Shown: in pieces, positions 32,706-42,960 of the stretch
How positions within the stretch are numbered: the stretch's first letter is position 1
Layout of the letters: every line of letters starts with the position of its first letter
Assembly: GCA_000091205.1 (NCBI GenBank)
Contig: AP006501.2
Strand: one strand, 5' to 3'
Source of the DNA: Cyanidioschyzon merolae
Lineage: Eukaryota
DNA: 64,000 nt
The notes under the pieces: model-generated
Database searches by the model: none
What the model was told of the DNA's origin: nothing
What the model saw: the letters and a program-made list of their open reading frames with translations, nothing else
Position numbers and translations under genes: made by a program

Positions 32706-32723
32706 GATTACGCGAAAGCGCTC

Positions 32724-33428
32724 ATGGCGTCGACTGGATCTGCCCCTATTGAACACGCTCGGGAACCGTGTCCTGATCGGATTCTAGACGATGTCGGAGG
32801 TGCGTTTTGCATGGGCGCCATCGGTGGTAGCATCTGGCACTTTGTAAAGGGCATGCGCAACTCCCCAAGGGGCCAGCGACTCCTGGGCAGCATCGACGCC
32901 GTAAAGCTTCGCGCACCGACGCTCGGAGGCAGTTTTGCCGTCTGGGGCGGTCTTTTTTCCACTTTTGACTGTGCTATTGGCGGTCTACGCGGAGTCGAAG
33001 ACCCGTATAACGCCATCGCAAGCGGAGCGATCACCGGGGGTGTGCTCTCTGCGCGGAGCGGCCTCCGAGCGTCGGCACGCTCGGCGCTGATCGGTGGCGT
33101 CTTGCTAGCGATCATCGAAGGGCTCGGAATTATGTTGACCAGAATGACTGCGGAGATGGGCCCAACTCCGGAAGAGGTCGAGCGGATGCGGCGAGAGTTC
33201 GCGGAACAGCAGCATCGGCAGCGACTGGAAGGCGGTGCCGGTACCCGTACCGCCGACGGCTTTGCGGCTCCCGCTGATGAGCGTCTGGGCATGGGCGCGA
33301 ATGACGTCGTTTTGACAGAAAATTCTGGCGTTCGGGTCGGAGGCAGTGCGGACCCAAGCAGTCACAGTGGCCAGAACGAGCCTGAACGCCGCGGCGGTGG
33401 CTTTCTGCGTTCCCTTTTTGGTAGCTAG
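32724..33428 (+). CDS. TIM17: Mitochondrial inner-membrane translocase subunit Tim17
   Basis: '[89 protein letters not shown]' matches the Tim17 GxxxG-rich family signature. A Gly/Pro-rich C-terminal tail follows. Confidence 0.9.
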   Translation: MASTGSAPIEHAREPCPDRILDDVGGAFCMGAIGGSIWHFVKGMRNSPRGQRLLGSIDAVKLRAPTLGGSFAVWGGLFSTFDCAIGGLRGVEDPYNAIASGAITGGVLSARSGLRASARSALIGGVLLAIIEGLGIMLTRMTAEMGPTPEEVERMRREFAEQQHRQRLEGGAGTRTADGFAAPADERLGMGANDVVLTENSGVRVGGSADPSSHSGQNEPERRGGGFLRSLFGS

Positions 33429-34782
33429 GGTGACTGCGCTCGACACATGATTGATTGCTTGGAGGTCATACCGATGCCAGGAAACAGTCCGATTGAATAG
33501 AGAAGCTGGCGGAGCGCCGCTCGCTTTCGTTGCATGAACGATTGCCTGTTCTGGTCACTGCTGCGATGCAAATCCAGTGAAACTTGTGCTTGGTTGACGG
33601 CCTTGCATGCGATGAGGCCCGGCGTGAAACGCATTTTGGCTCGAGCAGCCCGCGTAACGTCGTCAGGGTTTCGAACTAGAGCGCGCTCGTTATCGACCAA
33701 GCAGCTGGATGCCAAGCTCGTTACAGAAGCGAGCGATCACCACGCGAAAACATTAAGAAACCCGTTGTGTCGTTCAAGTAGACTCAGTCGTATTTCAGAA
33801 TACCGCTCGCATCTTGCGGCCTTCAGTACAAGATTGAGCGTCCCTTAGCACGGTGAACCCGCAAGATTTGCCTGCTGCGATGAAGGCCCGCAGTGCCTTT
33901 CATCTCCGCAAAACGCAAACGATAGACAGGAGACGCCCCAGCGGAATCAACCTCGAAGCCTGTCAACGCTGATGGACACGACTCATTTGGAGCAGCGACA
34001 CAGTGCACCTTGCGGGCCGGTGCCATTTGGCCTTTAGGGAAATCCAAAACGACTCGTCCAAAGCGCAAGATGCACCATCCAGCCGGCCAAGGCGTCAGCA
34101 GTTTGGACGGTACGTATGCCGGCCGTGGCTGCCCGGCACTCGCAAACCAGGTGCACACACTGGATTCGACGCCCGCGTGACCCTAACGAGGCCCCCAGAG
34201 CGGAGCCTACTGCAGCCAAGCCATCCAAGTAGCACTGCAACATTCGCCGATGCGCAAAAATGTGCCGCATTTGAACCCGGCACTCAGGTCGAGCGCTTGT
34301 GCAGGGCCTCGGCCGACTCCCCCGAGGGGGCAGGCTCCAGAATCGCCGCTCCAACGCAGCACTCGACCGAATGATACGCTATACGAGACTTGAGCTTTCC
34401 GCGTCGCTTTTGCACACGTGTTCTGGGCTGCTTGGAAGCGACCCCAGTTGCTCGACGACATGCCCCGGTGGATGCTGCTCAGCGCTGTGGCATCAGGTCG
34501 GATGCATCGCCAGCTCCTGAAACGATGCCACATGAGGGTGACCCATCAGAGCGGGAGCGATCGCTCTCCATCGCCGGACACCAGTCCCTGCGTCCATATA
34601 CGAATCTGAAAATGTTGGTCATACTGAGTCTCCGGGGCGACCAGGGTGCCGCACCTACAGCACAGCGGCTGCTCGCGCGACGTCATCATGTTCTGCTGCG
34701 GAGGCCGCGTTCCCGCTGGGCACCGACCGAGGTTCGCGAACGCGTAAAGCTGCCGTCCAGTGCCTATCGCTGACCGATAGCT

Positions 34783-37700
34783 TTAGACGGAACGCCCAAA
34801 CCAGTGACGACACCGACGCTGGAGCACTTGCAGCGCGTGCTCGTTCGTTGCACCCTCAGCCTCCGCAGCGATGATCAGGAGACGTTCGGCCAGATCAAGA
34901 ACGGCTTCACCGCAGCTCTCTCCGACTTGTGGCAAGTTGTGGCCAGTCAGGGGCCACGGACAGGCGTCTACCAACGCCGCAGAGCCTGTCCAAGCAACGT
35001 CCGGCGAATCAAGCATCGAACCTGCATCCTGGAGGAGATCATTCACGAGCACAGCGTCCGTGTAGAGCTCCCAGACGAGTTGCAAATCCACCGGCCGAAC
35101 GAGTTGCGTTGCGGTAACCGGCTGGATCAGTTCCTGTGCAGCAGCTGCGGGGCATGCGACACCAGCAAAGCCGTTCGCAAAAGCGAAAAGGTTCCGCTCT
35201 ACAATCAGGGTCAGACATTCCGCATCCAACGCATTGTGACGTTGCATCCGCCGCGACAAAGTGCGTTCCAGCGCCAGCATGGTATCGTAACGGAGGGTGC
35301 ATTCGAGTAACCGCACATAGAGCGCAAAACATCGAAACTGCCAGTACGCAAAGCAGTGGTTATCGTAGAGCAACGGTGCATGCGGCAACTGCTCCGGTGC
35401 TACCAGATACCGGTGGTTCCACATCAACCAAAAATAGCCGTGCCGCGAAGCGCTCGACGCATCCACACGAAACAACGGCTCCAGGGCAGTGATCGCTCGC
35501 GCAGCGTCCTGATAACCACAAAAGACGCCCAAGGCGTACAGGTAGGCACTGCGATACGACGGCAGCTCAGCAAGTTGCGTCAGCACAGACCCAAGCTCAT
35601 CGTTCGATCCATTCGACCTCGTCGACCGCGTCGTCGTCGTTCCAGGATGTGCGCTCTTCGAACTCGGGATCCAACCGAGCGCTTGGTAGAGCGCATTCGC
35701 CAGCACTGCGAGTCGGTACTCGAGCCACGGTGAGTACTGCAACTGGGCCTGGCCGTGCAGTTGCTGAGAAAGTCGCGGCAAAGCGTGTTCATAGCGCGCA
35801 AGTCGTTCGGCGATACGCTCGACACTGCTTGCGTACGACACGGGGGGCGCGGCTTCGCCAACCTCCCGTAACCATTGCCAGTAATCGAGCAGAAGCGCTA
35901 CTTCTGACTCCGCTGCTGGTGCGTCTTCCGCATCCGGGGTATCGTCTTTCCCGTGCGCTTGTTCCCGCAATGTGCACAGCAGGTTGGGCATGGAAGCACG
36001 CGCGGATTCAACTGCGCGCTTTGTATCCGGCGCAAGTGTATCCCAAGCAGCAGCCGGGATATGTATCGGAAGTAAGAGATAGGCACAGTAGAGTGCCTCC
36101 CAGTGAGCAGCAGTATGGACAGCGTGAGCGTTTGGTGTACGTTTTGCGCCCGTGGCGTGTCTGCATGAAACGGAAGCGGCTGCTTCAGGAGCCGACGCGT
36201 GTCCAGCGGTACCGCTGTGGCTCGTCATTATGATTACTGCATCCGGGGCGTGTTTGTTGCCACCAGACGCGATCGTCTGAACGCCCACAGCGAACCGATG
36301 TGCTGTGAGCAGCCACTCCACGTACCTGTGAAGACGAAAGCGGTTCGCGTTGCCAATAAGTTCCGCTGTTTCCAGTGAAAACTGTGCAGCATGACGCATA
36401 CAGGTCGCCAGTGCCAGTGTTAACTCGGAATCATCGAGTCGCGGACAGAGTGCGCGTCTGTCCTCGAGGTTTGATACTTCCGAGTTGCATGCGAGCTGCT
36501 GCTCGGTACGCTCAATCGTACCTTTGCCGGGATGATCAGCAACGATGCCAACAGCCGCGGTAGCAGCCTCAGAAGACGGAGCATCTATCGCAGAGGCAGA
36601 GGTATCTCGTGAAACAGCTTCCGGATCGACAGCCTCGACCGCTGCTACTCCTGCTTCGGATGCATTGCCCGAGCCGGTTGCTTTCCTTTGCGTTGCTGCC
36701 GCGGGAGCAGAAGCCGCTGTGCCCATTTCTGTAGCTGGCGTCGGGGCTGCGGCTGTCTCCGATGCTGTTTCCGTTGACGACTTGGCTGCACCGGGCGACT
36801 CGTGCCGTGTCGCCCGAAAATACGGGCTAATTCGTGGGGCTGGGTTGTCGGCCTCAGGGGACAACAGCCCCTGTAGGCGCTTCCGGCCAACACATCGTTC
36901 TTGCTGCGGAGCATCCTGCTTCAAAGCTGCCGATCCAATGAAGAAAGGAAGCAGCAACTCAATGAGTGTCTGAAGCGCGTCTAGCAGCTCGGTTGGTAGC
37001 AGTCGAGCCCGTCGCTCTGGTTCAGCCACTCTCTTGTACTCCAGGTCCAGGTACTCCATCTGCAGCCGGAAATGATACAGAAGCAGATCCCGATAACAGG
37101 GCAACAGATAGCGCTGCTCGATACCGCTTGCTGCTTGGATCAATTTCCCAGTCCATTGCCATAGCGTGCGAATACGGGGTCGTGAGCGACTCGCGAGCAC
37201 GTCGTCAAGTTCGGACTGACCGAGGGTCAGCGCCGGACAGAGCGCCTCCGGTGGAAGCACCATCTGCTCTGGACGCAGCGCTCTAGCCAAGGTCCATGCA
37301 CTGCAACTCGCTGCCACTGGTGGACCAGATTTCAGTCCGATCGCTGAGCAGTCTAGGCCATAAAGCACATGCAGGCATTGAATGCGCTCCCAGTCGAGAC
37401 GCGAAAACCAAGAAGGATCCCATTCCGGACTACACAGCGAACATCCAAGAAACCAACGCGCTCCTTGCTCTGCAGAGAGCCGCTCCCACAGCATTCCCGC
37501 ATAGAGCTGGTAAAGGAGGCTACAAGCCTGCCGCATTCGTTCGGAGGCTCTTCGTTCCATGGACAAGGCCGTCCCACGCTGTAGCCGCAGCGCCAAGCCG
37601 TGCAGAAGCTGATGCAGAAACGCACCGGCGGAGCAGCGAACAGCTTCATCCGAGTCTGAGAAAGCGTGCGTTCGGATGAAACGCTCTCGCCCAACAACAA

Positions 37701-40700
37701 AGAGACCAAACACTGCCGCCCATTCGACCAGGAGCTGATCATGCAGGTTTTGCTCAATGATCGACTCGGACGGGGCTACATCCCAGAGCAAGTCTAGGAT
37801 TCGCGGCAACGACACGCCGAGCATCTGATAGAGTTTGTGGCGCAGCTGAGCTGGCACCACGAGTGTCGCTTTCCCCAGGGCGTCAAGTTCCCGACGCAAG
37901 CTCTGCGCTAGAGCGGCTAGCTTTCGCCAGCGTGAAAGCGACGGCTCCCTACTGCGCTGGGCTTGCGCTTCCAATCGCGGAGACGAGTCCGGAGAGCGTG
38001 CAGTCGGAGCTGCAGACGCTGAAGCGGTTGCCGCCGTGACTCGCAACGTTACGCGCTGCAGCTCCTGCGCGGCAACGACTGCAGCACCGCCGGCATAGCG
38101 CGACAACAGCTGCCGCAATCTGACCTGAACAGTCTCGATTGGAAGATCCAAAAACGACAAGAGACGCATGAGCATCGCTTCCGAGTCCAGCATCTCGGTC
38201 TGAAACGTATCCTCGGAGGCGCCTAAACTCTTCCAGAGTTGTTCGAAGGCCGCATACTGGAGGCATCGAAGCAGGTCTATCTTGCCTAGGTGCAGCGATG
38301 TTTCTTCGGGGAGAGCGGCGTGCTCGAGGAGCTGATCCGGATGCAAGCCCGCCATCCAGCTGCATAGCACCTGGCATGCACTCGTTGCCTCCGGTCCGTT
38401 CTCCGCTGCAGTCGATGCGGAAACGCTACGGCAGCGCTCCTGTGCTCGACACGCCTCAGCGGATGCCAGCTGGGAAGCGTTCCCCGATGCCTCTGGCAAC
38501 TCCAGCAGTGCAGTGGATGCTGACGCTCGCCGGCGCAAGCGCCAGGCGCGCAGCAGCCTCTCGACTGGAGCATCGCTCTCCGTTACAGACATATCCTCGC
38601 AGAGCGGCGAGGTATCCTCGAAAACAAGTGCGTGTGTGGCTGTCGTCCCTGTGACAGGTGCAACCGTGTTCCTGCACCCCAGCGAAACAGACCCCTGAAT
38701 GGCTGTTTCCGTCCTTGCCGGATATTTCCCCGATGCTCGCCCGAAACGCTCCGTTGCTGCGTCATTTTGCAGCGCGTGTGCAGTGTCATCTGCAGTGTCT
38801 TTGGGATGCACTTCATCCGCTACGAACTGGCCTGCGGCGTGCCGCGGAACGGATATCTGCGACACCGATACCCCCGCAGCTGTGCTCTCATTCGCTTTGC
38901 TGGGTTCAGTCTGGTATTCTGCTTCCATGCTTGCTGCGATCGTGCATTCATTGTATCCGCTGGATGCTTGCAAAGCCTCTCTCTCAGCACAGGCTGACTG
39001 CTGACTGGTTGGCGGCTCCTGTGGCGACACCGATACCCGCTGAAGGCGCCCTGATGTACAACGTTTCCCTGCACTGTCCACGAAATGCGCTTCAGAAACG
39101 GTCGTATGATCACGTTGCAGGCGCTGAACATCTTCCCAGAGCGCGAGCGCTCTCTTGAGCGCATCCATCGCAGCGTTCCAATGCTTTTGCCGCAGCAAGT
39201 TCAGGGCGTGCAGGTACATGTACCGAATGAGCAACAGCATACGGATCGTGCTTGAAGGCAACAGGCCCTCCCGCATATAACCATCAAAGCAGGCTCGCGT
39301 CCTTGTGAGGACGTCGTCCACCAGTGACCAGTCTCCCGCCCAGAACGCAACCTCCAGGAGCGCTAGGCTACGCCACATCCATACCAGCCACCAGTGAGCG
39401 CGTTCCTCTTGTGGTATCGCGCTAGACGCTGGCGTGCCTAGCACGAACGACCCGGTACCGTTCGGATGCCAACTGATCCATAAATGATAAAGGCGACAGA
39501 GCTTTCGCGCTAGCGTCGTACGCATTCGCACTGGAATCGTCATCATTCGATCAAGTGCTTCGCCTAGTATTCGGTTCACGAGCGTTGTAAGCGGCAGAAG
39601 CGACTCGTGGAACTGAAAAGGCGCTCCCACGGAGCGCACAGCGTCGATGATTGTTGCGTTAGCTACCCGAGCTGTGGGCGTCTCTTGAACAGACTCGATC
39701 ACTTGTGCTGCCTGTGATGATGAAGCCGGATTCTGCTGCTCGGTAGCATCGTAGTCACGCAAGGCGTCGTGCAGCTGGCAACGCAGCTGTTCTAGAACTG
39801 CTGCTGCCTCTGGTGTTGCAGTTGCAGAAGCCGCATCTTGGTCGTTGGATGGCAGCAAACGCGATGCTGGTGCCGCTCCGTTGGCACCTGCGCCTCCGGG
39901 AATCTCACCAGCTGATATTCCTGCAATAATCATGGAACGTGGGACTGAAGAACTTCTAAGCGAAGCCTCTGTCTCGTACCGAAGAGACCGACGCGTTCTA
40001 CGGGCAGGTGACTCGCTTTCCGCAGTGGAAACACCAGCGCGGTTTGGCTCTGAACAAGTTTCCCCCGAACGGGAGCTTCGCGCCGGAGGCACCGTCGCCA
40101 CCGCCACCACCTGAGGGTCGCTCTCTACGCCGCCTCCTTGACACGTGGAGCATATTCCCCGTTGCTGCTGCTGCTGCTGCTGCATTGCTTCGTTCACCGT
40201 GACTGCAGCCGTTGCACTAGCAGCTCGACCGCGTGTCGAGGCCGTCAATGACGTCACAGGGTCACTGGTTGTACCACGAGTCGATTCGCATGCCGTTCGT
40301 TTCGAATGCTTGTGTTCCACTGGCTGCCGCTCTGCCGCTTCTGAGCCTTCCCTGGGTGATTCGCTAGCACCAGATGCACGGAGCTTGTTCGGTAACTTGG
40401 TCACTATCGCTTTCTTTGACGTTAATCCAGGCGCCGACTCTTGCGCCTCGGCCGGAACGCATGCACCTGCACGAAGCATGCCGCTATCCACCCGTTCTGA
40501 CACGCCTTCCTGCACGAACGAAGAAGATTCCGTCGTTGTCCGCATCACAGTAGCCACTCTTCCCGCCACCTGTTCAAAGGATGCAGCATCATCACCAACA
40601 CCACTAGACGGAAGCGCTGCAGCTCCTACACTAGAGAGCGGGGAGCGTCGAGCATCCGTTACGTGCCCGTGCGCGCCTTTGGCAGAAAAAGATGCTGCGG

Positions 40701-41913
40701 TTTCGCGTTCATCCCGTATGAACACATTGGCGGTGAGCAGCGGCTCTGCTGTATCCATTGCAAGACGCTTGTGTACCAATTGATCCACTTGATCGACTAC
40801 ATCGAAAACCAGTGCTCCGTCGTCATCCATTGGTATGATAGACAACACCGACGACTGCGACGATTCAGTTGCCTTCTCGCCCTGTGATTGTCGACGCCTC
40901 GTTCCTGCTGCCTCGCTTTCCAGCGTTTCATGCCGGCGTTTTCGTCGCCACGCCGCACTGCTCGCATGCGCTAGACAAGTAACTAGTCGTCGGTGCAGCT
41001 GTCTAAAAAGAATATTCCAGGCTGGCAGCGCCTTCTCGCTCTGACGCAGCAGTGCACGCGTCTGGCGCAGGGCGAAACAACACGCGCCTCGATACCCTGC
41101 AGCTTCAGCAGTAGCTGCGGCCTTCAGCCACAACAGCACGGTTTTCGGTTGGTAGTGCGTTGCCTTCGCGTACGCTTCGAAGGCTGCTGCGGGTTCACCG
41201 ATCCGTTCGTATACTTGTCCCAGGCTCCAGGCGCTCAGGTAACCTAGCCGCTTGATCCACGGGGCATCTCCCCGCTGCGGTCGGGAACTTGCCGACTCCA
41301 ACTTTTGTTGCTCAGCGAGCAGTCGCAAGACTCGTTCAAAACCGCTCGCTGCCTCGCTGAAACGTCCGTCTGCGAAAGCCTCGGCAGCTTGCGAGTATAG
41401 CCCTCGTAGTTCCGGCTCTAGCGGGAGTTTGGACGCAGGTTGATCACGTGTTACTTTGCTGGTTGCTTTCTCAGTTGATTCAATAGCAGATGCTGGCGCA
41501 AACCCCAGCATCTTCACACCCTGAGCCTTGTCAAGTCCAGTGAAGAGTGCGCGGGAACAACACGGCGTCGGTTTTTTTAATGGTGCGCACGAGCTATCAA
41601 CGTTTCGCTTTTTTTCGTTCTTCCGTGGACTCGGTTCAGATGAAAACGGAACCCTGAAGAGCGCGCTCGATTCGTTCATGCCGTCTTTCTTCCCCGGGAT
41701 TTTGGTACCTGTAAAGACTTGATATTCAATGAGCAGCATAGGAAGGTTTGCGGACTCATAGATTGGACTTGGATTCTCGGGCGTGTTTTCAGTTTGGCTG
41801 TTTCGACTTGCCGCCGCTGGGACATGAACGGTTCGCATCATCACGATGATTTGCGACGACCTCGAGCAACAGTTCGCAAAATACCCGAGCTTGTTATCGA
41901 TTCCATACATGGA
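34783..41913 (-). CDS. Large TPR-repeat-containing protein (about 2400 aa; possibly CABIN1/Hir3-like, unverified), with Ser/Ala/Thr-rich disordered regions
   Basis: One uninterrupted ORF. TPR-like helices run along its length, for example 'LGQVYERIGEPAAAFEAYAKATHYQP'. The track start is a TTG at 41991. The first in-frame ATG is at about 41911-41913, and the true start is uncertain. Confidence 0.55.
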   Translation of the reverse strand, partial: SMYGIDNKLGYFANCCSRSSQIIVMMRTVHVPAAASRNSQTENTPENPSPIYESANLPMLLIEYQVFTGTKIPGKKDGMNESSALFRVPFSSEPSPRKNEKKRNVDSSCAPLKKPTPCCSRALFTGLDKAQGVKMLGFAPASAIESTEKATSKVTRDQPASKLPLEPELRGLYSQAAEAFADGRFSEAASGFERVLRLLAEQQKLESASSRPQRGDAPWIKRLGYLSAWSLGQVYERIGEPAAAFEAYAKATHYQPKTVLLWLKAAATAEAAGYRGACCFALRQTRALLRQSEKALPAWNILFRQLHRRLVTCLAHASSAAWRRKRRHETLESEAAGTRRRQSQGEKATESSQSSVLSIIPMDDDGALVFDVVDQVDQLVHKRLAMDTAEPLLTANVFIRDERETAASFSAKGAHGHVTDARRSPLSSVGAAALPSSGVGDDAASFEQVAGRVATVMRTTTESSSFVQEGVSERVDSGMLRAGACVPAEAQESAPGLTSKKAIVTKLPNKLRASGASESPREGSEAAERQPVEHKHSKRTACESTRGTTSDPVTSLTASTRGRAASATAAVTVNEAMQQQQQQQRGICSTCQGGGVESDPQVVAVATVPPARSSRSGETCSEPNRAGVSTAESESPARRTRRSLRYETEASLRSSSVPRSMIIAGISAGEIPGGAGANGAAPASRLLPSNDQDAASATATPEAAAVLEQLRCQLHDALRDYDATEQQNPASSSQAAQVIESVQETPTARVANATIIDAVRSVGAPFQFHESLLPLTTLVNRILGEALDRMMTIPVRMRTTLARKLCRLYHLWISWHPNGTGSFVLGTPASSAIPQEERAHWWLVWMWRSLALLEVAFWAGDWSLVDDVLTRTRACFDGYMREGLLPSSTIRMLLLIRYMYLHALNLLRQKHWNAAMDALKRALALWEDVQRLQRDHTTVSEAHFVDSAGKRCTSGRLQRVSVSPQEPPTSQQSACAEREALQASSGYNECTIAASMEAEYQTEPSKANESTAAGVSVSQISVPRHAAGQFVADEVHPKDTADDTAHALQNDAATERFGRASGKYPARTETAIQGSVSLGCRNTVAPVTGTTATHALVFEDTSPLCEDMSVTESDAPVERLLRAWRLRRRASASTALLELPEASGNASQLASAEACRAQERCRSVSASTAAENGPEATSACQVLCSWMAGLHPDQLLEHAALPEETSLHLGKIDLLRCLQYAAFEQLWKSLGASEDTFQTEMLDSEAMLMRLLSFLDLPIETVQVRLRQLLSRYAGGAAVVAAQELQRVTLRVTAATASASAAPTARSPDSSPRLEAQAQRSREPSLSRWRKLAALAQSLRRELDALGKATLVVPAQLRHKLYQMLGVSLPRILDLLWDVAPSESIIEQNLHDQLLVEWAAVFGLFVVGRERFIRTHAFSDSDEAVRCSAGAFLHQLLHGLALRLQRGTALSMERRASERMRQACSLLYQLYAGMLWERLSAEQGARWFLGCSLCSPEWDPSWFSRLDWERIQCLHVLYGLDCSAIGLKSGPPVAASCSAWTLARALRPEQMVLPPEALCPALTLGQSELDDVLASRSRPRIRTLWQWTGKLIQAASGIEQRYLLPCYRDLLLYHFRLQMEYLDLEYKRVAEPERRARLLPTELLDALQTLIELLLPFFIGSAALKQDAPQQERCVGRKRLQGLLSPEADNPAPRISPYFRATRHESPGAAKSSTETASETAAAPTPATEMGTAASAPAAATQRKATGSGNASEAGVAAVEAVDPEAVSRDTSASAIDAPSSEAATAAVGIVADHPGKGTIERTEQQLACNSEVSNLEDRRALCPRLDDSELTLALATCMRHAAQFSLETAELIGNANRFRLHRYVEWLLTAHRFAVGVQTIASGGNKHAPDAVIIMTSHSGTAGHASAPEAAASVSCRHATGAKRTPNAHAVHTAAHWEALYCAYLLLPIHIPAAAWDTLAPDTKRAVESARASMPNLLCTLREQAHGKDDTPDAEDAPAAESEVALLLDYWQWLREVGEAAPPVSYASSVERIAERLARYEHALPRLSQQLHGQAQLQYSPWLEYRLAVLANALYQALGWIPSSKSAHPGTTTTRSTRSNGSNDELGSVLTQLAELPSYRSAYLYALGVFCGYQDAARAITALEPLFRVDASSASRHGYFWLMWNHRYLVAPEQLPHAPLLYDNHCFAYWQFRCFALYVRLLECTLRYDTMLALERTLSRRMQRHNALDAECLTLIVERNLFAFANGFAGVACPAAAAQELIQPVTATQLVRPVDLQLVWELYTDAVLVNDLLQDAGSMLDSPDVAWTGSAALVDACPWPLTGHNLPQVGESCGEAVLDLAERLLIIAAEAEGATNEHALQVLQRRCRHWFGRSV

Positions 41914-42960
41914 AACGCCACTGTTCTCGCTTCGCTCTCCATAATATCCTCGAACCTGGTACGCCTCACCTGCTGGATCTTCAATCACCAAACATAAGCG
42001 TGGGCATCGGGGAAGCTATCCAAACCGCTGGCTGGACGGAGAATCGTAGGCGGCTTCGCCACTTTTGTAAGCGGCTTTCACAAGCTGGTGCCTAAAGTTT
42101 ACTGACCCTGTCATGCCACATACTCGATTCTGTTCGAAACACGAATCCTCGTCCGGATATGCCAGCCGACACAATGGAACTCGACAGCAGCCGGATGAGG
42201 GTCACGACGCTTGCTGCCTGAGGCTCCCGACTCTAGTGTGTTCACGGCCAGGGGTCTTGGACTCGGACTCCAGGCATCGAGGCGGTCGTTTCCAATGGAC
42301 TTGTTGTGGTCGCCTTGCACGACGCGCAGGGAGTGCGGACGGATCGACGTTTCTCTACTTGTTCTGTAGGCTGGATTTTCCGTTCGGTCATTGCTTCACC
42401 AAGGGCAATATCGAGTTCGACTTGCTGCGTACCGAGTGGCGCAACGTGCGCTTGCACCAGCATCGAACAGCGTACGCACCGAGGAGATCGCCCAGAAGAA
42501 GCCCGTGGTGGTTCGGTATGACAACGGGCACGGAAACGGAGAAGAGCATCTGTGGAAGCCGCCTGTCGCGGTTAGGGGCATGGAGCGAGCGGCGAAGCAA
42601 GCCCTCACGGTCCATAGAGTGTACGTTATTGGCAAAGGTCTAGAGGTCATACGTGCACACCAGACCGCAAACAAGAGTGACCGCTTGAAAGAGCGCACCG
42701 GGTCTGTATGCAGAGAAGATGGGCATGGCGAACGAAGCGTGGATCGCGACTTGTACCTGTGCCTGATATGGGTCGATGAGAGCTGGAAACTGCGGGACCG
42801 GCACTTCAAACGCTGCCAACGATGTCCATCGCCTGCTGGCAACGGAGCTGGAGTGGCAGGAGTGTCCGGTGTACGCAGGTCCGCAGGAAAGCGACGGGGT
42901 ACGGAAGCGGCTCAAGAAAAGGTCCAAAACCGCAGGTTTCGTTGATCGTACCAAGATACC
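41637..42960. repeat. Segmental duplication, copy 1 (1.3 kb; includes the 5' roughly 120 codons of the TPR gene plus about 1 kb upstream)
   Basis: About 97% identical to 51797-53120 at a constant offset of 10160 bp. Identity starts at 'cagatgaaaacgg' and ends near 'cgttga'. Confidence 0.9.
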
